Assembly (NCBI GenBank): GCA_044892525.1
Contig: CM097885.1
Location: 26,538,001-26,602,000, forward strand
DNA length: 64,000 nucleotides
Reading direction: 5' to 3'
DNA from: Schmidtea polychroa
Lineage: Eukaryota
The number at the start of each line of letters is the position of its first letter. Position 1 is the first letter of the stretch. Below the pieces are notes generated by a model. That model was not told the DNA's origin and ran no database searches. It was given only the letters and a program-made list of their open reading frames with translations. Made by a program: the position numbers and the translations under genes. Of this stretch, positions 1 to 64,000 are shown in pieces.

Positions 1-1434
1 GGTTCATATTCCACCCTCTCGTTATTATTATTATATTATGCTTGATATACTTCTGCATGTTTACATGGTGAGTCTGTTGCCTTCGGTCTGTACGATAATG
101 AAGCAAAGTAAGTTTTGGCTATTTTTTTAGATTCGAACAGCATAATTTGCAGTTCGAATCCAAAAATTTATATCAAAATAAAATATTATATGAAAACAAA
201 AGTTTTCGATAACTTATTACATTATTATTGGTAAGACACCAATTTTAGTGAGCACAATAGAGGCTGTATGAGTAAAATAGACATGTCTGATTTTAAAATT
301 TTATTATAATTTTTTATAATTTTTAATAATTATTGATAACGTGTAATATGTGAATCTCATTTGATAAGATCATTTAATCCCAAAATTAATGTGCAAAATG
401 TTGTGAACACATTTGTGTTTTGAAATTTTTAAAATATTTTCGATGGAAAATTCAGTGCATGTGTATTATTGGTGCCGTTTTCAAATGTATTTAATGGTTA
501 ATTTACTAGATTAAATAACTGTTTAAAATTTTTTTTTGTAATTTGTTTATTAAATCTATAATATTTATAGTTTTTTCTATCCAACCTGATAGTGACAGGT
601 AAACTGTAGAAATATATCGTGAAACGTGGATTTCAATGGCGTTTTTTAATAATTATTAAATTATATTTATTACATTATCATTACACGTCAACATTAATTT
701 GTATGACAAGAGATCAACAAATATTTTAAGGCTAATTACGAGTTTTTAGCACAGTCTTTATCAGTTGTTGATAACATAAACTCTATCAAATTAAATGAGT
801 TATCAAAACAAAATCCCTACTTACTATAGGGATATAATTTAAAAGGGTCTATGATATGGATATGGACCGTAAACAAAATTAATATTAAACATGTATAACA
901 TACACAAACCTTTTAATAAAAAGTGTTTATTAGGTCAGGAGTACTTATTATAGTATATATAAAGATGATTTTAATGAAATATGTTCAAAAATATGAAAAA
1001 ATTTTATGTCAATTTATTTTCTGAAATAGATGGAATTTCATTTTAAAATGTTTTTAAAAATCTTAACAAAACATGAAAACAACAGTTGGAAATAATTCTC
1101 CGGTTCACATAATTGGTGTTGTTATTAATTTTAATCTATAATATTTATAAAAATATTAAAAATATTAAAAATAAAAATATCATAAAATTATAAAAATTAT
1201 AAAAATATTAAAATTTTGAATGAAAGAATACTAATTAATTTTTCCTAAAAAGGTTTTTGGTTTTCGGATGACTTACTGAATACAATTAACTTTATTACAG
1301 AAAATCTTTGACATCCATTTGCAAAAAAATATTGTAACTCATCATAACTTATATTTGAAGCAAATTACAGTTTTAAATAATAAATAATTAAAATTTTCAT
1401 TAATAGAACAATAATTTTTTATTTTTCTTTTCAG

Positions 1435-55687
<54,253 letters not shown>

Positions 55688-56092
55688 TTGTCACTAATTA
55701 GAATAGTTCACAAGTCAAGGGAGGAGAGGCACTTTCAAATTGATCACTATTTATTTACAAATAAAATTTCTTACTTGTTTTTATTGATTTATTACAGATC
55801 CATACCCGCAATGACTTATATAGCGGCATTTTTAAAACTTATAAAGGGTATTCTTGTCCAGAAACAGTTACTGTGGACTAATATGGTTTACAAAAATATT
55901 ATAATATAAAATTTCTCTAAAGGTACCCACAGTGAAAGTGTACTGGAATATTTTACAATTCTTTCACTCTTTTTATAGGGCACTTCCGTGTTCGTCAAAT
56001 CCCATAATTCAATTCTCTATTGAAAAGTTGGTAAAAATTAGATTAATTCCTTATATCTAATGAAAAGCACCAAATCCTATATATATATATTA

Positions 56093-56133
56093 CTACAATA
56101 TATTTTGACAGAATCACTGTCATCTTCAGGTAG
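56093..56133 (-). ncRNA. Degenerate minimal hammerhead ribozyme motif
   Basis: Minus strand CTAC-CTGAAGA-T-GACAG TGATT CTGTC-AAAA-TATA-TT-GTAG; stems intact, G12 mutated to A. Confidence 0.6.
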
Positions 56134-56339
56134 AATTGAAAATCAAACTAAATCAATATAAATTGCTCTTTTTTTAAACAAACTAATTAACTAATTCATT
56201 AATTTTTTTTTAATTAATTTCGCTAAAAATTTACAAAATTCTGTCTTTTGAATTCAAACTTTAAAAATTATAAAACTTAAAATTTTTAAAACTTTTACAA
56301 CTCACAAAAGTGGAAATCAAACAAGATTTTAATAAATTT

Positions 56340-56475
56340 TCCACAAAATTGTGTTTACTAATAATAATCAATTGCTTCAATCGATAGTGATCAGGAACTT
56401 GAAAACGGAGATGACAGACAGCCATTCCAATGTATGTGGCATTGCACCCATGACATAAATATTCATAACCAAGAT
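56340..56475 (-). mobile_element. Penelope-like GIY-YIG endonuclease fragment
   Basis: YEYLCHGCNATYIG...HL....DH.......ISKH pattern; hammerhead motif about 200 bp downstream on the same strand. Confidence 0.7.
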
Positions 56476-57444
56476 CCGAAAACCATCTAAGTAATTCTTT
56501 ATAGTTTGACAACCTGGAATCTCAGTAGGAAATCTCAGTCTCACAAAGGAATAATTCATTACTGAAGCTATTTTTTGGATAAAGGTTGAGTTAGTCTTCA
56601 TACATGTGTCATAGATTTTGGTATGGGTCATGGTTTTGGTTTCCTTGTGATTCAAAGTGGGTATGTTAAAAATATCGACCAGTCATTGTTTTTATTACAA
56701 AAATATTACAAATTTTTTAATACTTAACCTCATGAAATTTTTTGATTTTTTCAGAAATAATATAAAATGTTTTCTGTCAAATTTTTTCTGATTTTAAACT
56801 TTTTTATTTAGTAAAACAGACTTTGCCAAAAAAAATTTATAACCCCACTCATTGCGCGATAACTTATTTGTAAGTAAGTTTTCGCGCCAAAATTTTTAAA
56901 ATGTGTTGGGTTTTTAATGTAAGTCGGTACTACGATCTGATTTGTGTTCTTTTCAAAATAAATAAACGACCCAACACAAAATCTTTATTTAACACTGATG
57001 CAGTTACACTTTTACACTTTTTAATGGTTCACTCACACTTGATACAATTAGGTTTGTCTGCACTTTTCAATTTGCCAACAAATCTCACGCAGGGATAGAT
57101 CTTCCAACGGGAGATGTCCCTTTCTGGTTCGTTCGATTTTTAAATTATTTATTTTCTACTAACTTTAATGTTTCCTTTTTCGCTCTCGCCAAACTTCTAT
57201 TTTCTTTTCTTCAACCAACTGGCAGTTTTGTTTTCTTGCCAGTTGCTTTTATACCCACTTGGTAATTGACTTTATTTTGGCAAATTAGTTTGGGTCTAAC
57301 TTCCCCCCGGGCTTCCTCTTGTAGCTCTAATTCGATTTAAGGAAATTGCTCCTTTTACTTTGACGGCTCGCGTCACTTTTATTTTATTCGGCTAATTTAA
57401 TTTCCTTACCAAAATTGGATTGCTAATTCAGGTTTTCTCAATTC

Positions 57445-57530
57445 GCCTGGGTTTTCCATTGTCTCGGGTTTCCCATTAGCTCGGGTTTCCCATTAGCTCG
57501 GGTTTCCCATTAGCTCGGGTTCTCCATTAG
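57445..57530. repeat. 17-bp tandem repeat, about 5 copies
   Basis: ctcgggtttcccattag repeated. Confidence 0.85.
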
Positions 57531-58917
57531 TTAATTAATTTTTAATTAATTTTTGTTTTTTGTAATTTATTCCTTCTAGGGACACCCCATTGATTTTATT
57601 TTATTATAGTTGAACTCGTCTCATTATTTAGCATCCGCCCATACCAGTTTCCCCCGGAAAATATTCATTTTTAAAATTTTTTTGATTTTTAATTAATATT
57701 TTGTACTTTAAATTTTTATTTTGAATTTGGTGTTTTTATCGATTTTCACCTCATTTTTGTGCCTCTCCTGTTGAACCCCAACAAATGTAAGGAAATCCAA
57801 GGGTTCTCAATCTATTTTAGTCACAATTTTGTGTTTGTGCATCGTTTTGTGTAGTTTATTTTATGGTGATACTTTTACTTTCGAGGGTTCAGTTATGATG
57901 TGCCAAAACCTTCAAAGGGAGGTAGGAAATTTTTGAATTTTTTTAAATCAAGGTATTACCAAACTTTTTAGGTTACAATTTTTTTTGTGTGTGGATAGAG
58001 TCGTGCGTGCTCTATCTATTGACCTACTTAGACTTTTGAGGGCTCAATCATGATGAGCAAAAACATTTAGAGTTTTTAAAAAATTTACATGTCATTTTTC
58101 GCTCAAACTTCATTTTAAAAATCGGTACCATTATGGAGAACATGCTGAACAGAAGAGTCCAAAGTTTGATAAGGGTAGTTTGTCACCTAGGTCAAAAGTC
58201 CAAAAACTTAAATATTATAATTTTTTTCTGTGAATTTTAAATTGTTTTTTAAAATATATTTTAGAATTTTTTTGTGATGTATTAATATCGTAATCTATAT
58301 ACTAGATGAAAGAGGAGACAAATATATATTTAATGACATTTAATATATAATGACATTACAATTGATGTATTGTCATATAAATGAAAAAGATATTTAAATG
58401 TAAAATTTTTAAAACTTTAAAATATGTTCAATTTTAAGACCTGTAAAATGCTTCTCACATTCAAAAATCAATTACTGAAGATATATATTTATATATATAG
58501 TTTATATTAGCCATGTTAATGATGTACTTAAAATGCGCATGTCCATCCATTTATATTTGTTAATCGTGGACTAGTAATTTATACCAATATCATACAATTT
58601 ATCCGAGGAAAGGTCAATGTGATTTATAGAGACACGCATGGTTTTGAGCCATTAAACCACGGAAATAAAAGATCTGAACAGGAATACGAATAAGTAATAA
58701 AACTAATGTATGTCTTGCAGTTGATTTATAGGAATTGTTGAAATGAAACAAGACTCCAACATTCTACATCTATTCTACAAATGGCCGGTCTTTAACTTTT
58801 CGAGGCCCTATGAAATATTTATTTTTGGGTGCTTGACAAAATATTTTTCTCTGATATCTATGAGTTGTAAAATTTTTCATATTTTCACTTGTTGCATAAG
58901 ATAAATAATAATAGGAT

Positions 58918-59175
58918 CAGTGGTGAACTATAGGAGGCTCGCGGGGGCTCGCGTGAGTACTTAGTTAAATTATTCTATGATTTGCGAGCCCCTTGTTCTT
59001 CTTGGTAATTATTTTTTCAAAAAGAAAATATAATACCTTGAAATCATTTTCATTACATATATTTGTAAAGTGACGATTTTTGTGTAAAATAAATCATTTA
59101 ACATTATTTAACATACGATTCTCGGGGAGGGGAGGGGAGTGAGCCCTTTTTTAAAAATTTCATAGCTTACCTCTG
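58918..59175. mobile_element. hAT-like MITE (degenerate)
   Basis: CAGTGGTGAACTAT / ATAGCTTACCTCTG imperfect TIR; TSD ..taggat on both sides. Confidence 0.55.
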
Positions 59176-59771
59176 GCTAGGATTGAATTATTAAAAAATT
59201 ATTAAAAAGTTTGTTATAAAACAATTTTATAATGTAAATGTCAATATTATTAATGTTAAATAGACAGCTTTCCAGCTTTTTGTTTGTAAATTCTTTTATT
59301 ATTTTATTATAATCAAAAAGTTGATATTTCACTTTCAATTGCAATGTTTGATGGACCTCTCAATCTTTTTTTCAGACATTATAGACCTCAGAACTGATTT
59401 TATCAATTTTAACTTAGATAAACGACGCTCACAAGATGTTACTCTCATAAGAATGATTAATATAAATCGTAGAGTGACTTTGCAATACCTCATTCAATCT
59501 GTTATTATGTATATATTTTAATATCTCTAAAAGTGATCTTTTGACATGATTCTAAACTCAATAAGCAAATCCTGGCCATCCAAGTAGTCCTCAACTCCGT
59601 TTTCTGAATCAGATAGAAACAATAGCAAATGATTACACAACTTTAGCAGTTCTTAGTCACTTAAAACTTTTAAACTATGTATATCAAATAAAAATCTGAA
59701 TGATTCTTTAAATATTTCAAGCTCTTAAAACTGTTCAGTAAATGCAATTGTTGCTTGATCAAATAGTGGTA

Positions 59772-61730
59772 CAGTTGAATCCACTTAATATCACCGATGT
59801 AGAAAATAATCATGATATTAACCGATGGTGATATTAACCGATGGTGATATTAACCGATGGTGATATTAACCGATGGTGATATTAACCGATGGTGATATTA
59901 ACCGATGGTGATATTAACCGATGGTGATATTAACCGATGGTGATATTAACCGATGGTGATATTAACCGATGGCGATATTAACCGATGGTGATATTAACCG
60001 ATGGTGATATTAACCGATGGTGATATTAACCGATGGTGATATTAACTGATGGTGATATTAACCGATGGTGATATTAACCGATGGTGATATTAACCGATGG
60101 TGATATTAACCGATGGTGAGATTAACCGATGGTGATATTAACCGATGGTGATATTAACCGATGGTGATATTAACCGGTGGTGATATTAACCGGTGGTGAT
60201 ATTAACCGGTGGTGATATTAACCGATTGTGATATTAACCGATGGTGATATTAACCGGTGGTGATATTAACCGGTGGTGATATTAACCGGTGGTGATATTA
60301 ACCGATTGTGATATTAACCGGTGGTGATATTAACCGGTGGTGATATTAAGTGAATCCTAATAAATGATGACTAAAAATATAAAAAATAAAATTCAAGAAA
60401 ATCCAAAAATGTCAATATAATTTTTAAATAACCATTCAATTATACTTTTTTATCGTACATTAAATGTATCTTCCAAATAATATAATAAACTTGTTTCAAA
60501 TTTTTATAATCTTCTGTAGTGTTTTCAGTTAAAAGCCATTGCAATACTTTGAGATAATTTATGTCTTCCCCGCTAGTTATCGGTGCTAAAGCACTGTTCT
60601 CATCAAAATCTTTGTTGCCACTTGAATCATTAATTGTTTTGATTTGAAATATTAATCCTCTCGATCAGAACTATTTCATTCAAGTCATGAAATCTTGAAA
60701 TTCCTTGGCTCTCTACTGATAAAGTTCTGCGTTTTTAAACCAATTTACAATAGTTTCAGGAGTAACCATAAACCAGATCTTCTTTATCAAATAAATAGAT
60801 AACAATAAATTAATATCGCGAGTTAAAAGTAGGGCAGAAATTTCTTTTGTGTAGTTTCAAGTGTTTTAAGATATTTCATTACTATTTTTCACCGAATTAT
60901 TCCATGATCACATGGCTGGATCAAGGACGCTGCGTTAGGAGAAAGAATAAAATTAGTTTATTTGTCATCTTAAATTTTGGATAAGTAGTGCAATTATCTA
61001 ATATCAAGGCAGTTTTTCAGTTATAAATTATAGTTTCTGATACCATTTTTGCAACTGCTGTTCAAAAATAAAATAAGTCATCCAGACGTGCTTTTTGCTC
61101 TTGTATTTTACGGGGAATGGTTACATACCTCGAAAGTATTTTGGATTATCCCATTTCTCAAGAAAAGGGTATTTTTCGCCATTCATACCAGTGTATACTA
61201 AAAAGTCAGTCGTTCGTTAGAGGTTGTACCTCTGGCCAATTTATCATTTAAAAAAATATGAGAACCGTTGAGAAGAGCACGGTAGTTGAAGCCAGTTATA
61301 TCAACATTAGAAACGTTTTCATGGGAAGAATTATAAGAAGTTTTATAATAAAAATCACAAACCATTTAAAGATTTATACAGATTTACCAATTATTTAATC
61401 GAAACGTATTACGACAGTCATCGTCTCTTGATGGCTAACATTCGATACGCAATTTAAAATCACGGAGCTATACTTGTATCATCTCAAATTACCAATAAAT
61501 ATACATTTATAGTATATTACAATCTGAGGTCTTCACTCTCGACGGAGCCGCGCTTTAAAGAGCTTAATCACATCTTTATAAAAACATGCTCATTACCAGT
61601 AGCGAAACTGTTGTTGACAGGTGATGCAATTTATCTAGACTCGTGAAAGCCTTGAAAGAGATCTTTTGAAAAAGTTGCTGGGAAACGAAATTTATCGATG
61701 ACGAAGAACTTTTAAAACTGTTACTTCAGT
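59772..61730 (-). mobile_element. Tigger/pogo-like transposon relic
   Basis: TA|CAGTTGAATCCACTTAATATCACC terminus; minus-strand DDE_1 remnants PNAASLIQPCDHGI and FPVKYKSKKHVWMT; far end not located. Confidence 0.7.
59814..60349. repeat. Minisatellite, 33 x 16 bp GATATTAACCGATGGT
   Basis: Direct count; unit is the reverse complement of the adjacent TIR motif TTAATATCACC. Confidence 0.95.
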
Positions 61731-61736
61731 CTAGAT

Positions 61737-62083
61737 CAATGTTTCTCAATTAATATAAAAGCGCGGAACACCATTCACATCATTTTTTTACGTGGATCAC
61801 TGACAGAAAAATACTTGCCCATAATGAGTGACCAATCACAAATTACTATAAATCTGTCGTAAACGTAAACAATGCCTTCTTACATGCAAACCAAATACCA
61901 CGCGCAACAATAACAAGCAATAAAATCACTTCTATATTTGTATTTTTATATATCTGTGTAACGGTTTTCTTATTGAATCATCTTATAAAAGAATTAATGG
62001 AAGTTTTTGATGATATGTATCTTAAATGCAAATTTAAAGATAAAATGTCATTTTTTTCGCGGAACACGGGTTGAGAACCACTG
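61737..62083. mobile_element. hAT (Charlie-like) MITE
   Basis: TIR CAATGTTTCTCAA/TTGAGAACCACTG; TSD gtctagat/ttctagat. Confidence 0.8.
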
Positions 62084-62939
62084 TTCTAGATAAAATCTCT
62101 TACAATAAGTGCAAAATATTGGGCTAAAAGCTCAAAATTCAGTTATTTCAGTAGAATTTGAATTTCTTTACATCTTCTTAAACAAGTTGTCCAAAGACCG
62201 ATGTATACAAAATACAAGAAATAGAACTGTCGATGTCACTACAAAGAACAGTAAAATGAGACTGATCATCCGAAACAATTTCATTTTTCAAGATAGTTTT
62301 TGAAAATATTTTTTAGAAATGTGTAAACAATCTACCTGTAAAAGCTGGGGACAATTCTTGAAGCAAAAAAATAAAGGTTTTATAGAGCCCTAAAAGCAAA
62401 TCGAGATCTTCTGTCTATACTTCGATCACCATTTTTTTTAATTTGGAAATAAAACATTAATACAAAATATGGAATGTGTAAGAAAGAAATTTTAGTAATT
62501 TTTAGAAAAGAAAGTGTAGCAGAGTTAACAATATATCCATTTATCCCAACACTGTCATTACTTTGGTCCGGTCATCTTTATTTAACCCAAGAACCTGCAT
62601 TTGCCTCTATGAATGGGGCCCCAGACAGGCGCGTAAGAAAAATTAACGAGATAATAGAAACTAAACTAAATTTAAAATAAGTTTAAAATATTCTTGAAAT
62701 ACTGAATTACTAAATTACTAATTTTATTTCATTGTGTTGAAATTAATTTCAATAACATACCAAAAATTGTATTTATGTTGATCAAGGTATTTATTAAAAA
62801 ATAAAATTCAACTTTGTTTAATTTTATAAATGTATTGTCCTTGAAATAAAAAACATTTAATTTTATTAAATAATTAAATTCCTAATTAAAATTTAAAGTC
62901 TAATTGAACTCGTTTTAGTTTATTATTATTAAATTTTCA

Positions 62940-63447
62940 ATGGAAGAATCAGAAATTAAATTAGATTCCATCAATGTAAATCCTGAGGTATCTAAATAAT
63001 ATAAATATGTTTTAACAACTAGCATAATCTTTCAGTCCATCCAAATTCCAAGCCATTGCAAAGACATTAATATCCTAGCTGAAAATATGTTTAACAAAAC
63101 TGCCGATTTTATTCAATCTGATTTGAATTGTAAAACTAATTTGAGTAAAATGAAATTATTAAGCATTTAATTAGCAACGATAGAGGATTACGATACATTG
63201 ATCGACATTAATAATATTGCTTCAAAGAAATATCAAGACATGCGTGAAACAACTCAAGGCATTGCAAACAATTTAATTGAACTCAATGAAAAATGTGCAA
63301 ATCTGTTAAATTATTAACAAAATTATTTTTATAAATTTTTAGTTTTGAATTTGCAAAAATATTTATTGCAAATTGACAAATTGGATGACTCGATTACTGT
63401 ACTTGAACAAATGGCGTACAAGGTCGACTCTTATTCAAAACGATTAG
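62940..63447 (+). CDS. BLOC1S2: BLOC-1 subunit 2 (BLOS2); exons 62940-62987, 63036-63129, 63175-63294, 63343-63447; last exon uncertain (candidate 63601-63617)
   Basis: LAENMFNKTADFIQSDLNSTIEDYDTLIDINNIASKKYQDM...LEQMAYKVDSYSKRL matches the BLOC1S2 family pattern; introns of 45-48 nt, GT-AG. Confidence 0.88.
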
Positions 63448-64000
63448 GTAAACCTTTCTTCATTGGGCCTCCCCAATATGACATTTTACAATTTGGAAAA
63501 TTATTATTTATTCTTATTAATTTTTTTATTAGTATTTGCATTATTACTATTTATTATTAATTTATTTGCATTAATTTATTTTACTATTTTATTCATTAAG
63601 AAGAACATGAAGGCTAAAAATCAGTAATATGTTTATGATATACTAATGATTTCTAGTCAGGATTTTTAATAAATACAATGGAAAAAAATAAAATCATTGG
63701 TGAAATTGGAAAAAAAATAATAATAATAATTTTTAATAATAATAAATATATTAATAATAAAATAATATTAATTATACTAAATAGTAATTATTTTAAATAA
63801 TAATATTAATAAATAATAATAATAATGACAATTAATAATAAATAGTAATTATACTAATAATAAATAATAGTAAATAATATTAATTATAATAAATATTAAT
63901 TATAATAATAATTAATTATAATAATTATCCGTTAATTACTATTATAATAAATAGTAATTATTTTAAATATTAATATTAATAAATAATAATAATAATTAAT

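Noticed and set aside
1..115. Additional DGK exon ending at gtgagt or gtaagt
   Set aside because: No C1-domain similarity in any frame I could read.
59814..60349. CRISPR-like array
   Set aside because: Head-to-tail 16-mers with no unique spacers, eukaryotic context and no cas genes.

Overview
AT-rich eukaryotic animal DNA with abundant (AAT)n microsatellites and 45-60 nt introns, consistent with a triclad flatworm (inference). Most of the window is a + strand, 5'-truncated type IV diacylglycerol kinase gene (DGK zeta/iota-like). I reconstructed 21 GT-AG exons from 1435 to 55687 (2580 nt, phases consistent, about 859 aa): C1b end, catalytic and accessory domains, ankyrin repeats. A compact BLOC1S2 gene starts at 62940. 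The introns and the spacer after the gene hold an intact hAT transposon, two mariner relics, a Tigger/pogo relic with a 33x16-bp array, a BEL/Pao fragment, a Helitron and hAT, piggyBac, Merlin and MuDR-like MITEs. Two less ordinary things stand out. First, four loci carry a CGCGTCTGTGTGCGCAC head (paired inverted copies at three of them) about 100-250 bp upstream of intronless, deleted or chimeric gene fragments: actin, cold-shock domain+actin, SNF8+PSMA6 in one open 219-aa ORF, and Pao pol. This suggests a gene-capturing element family. Second, there are several Penelope-type minimal hammerhead ribozyme motifs, one apparently intact and sense to the DGK pre-mRNA inside a 45-bp hairpin.
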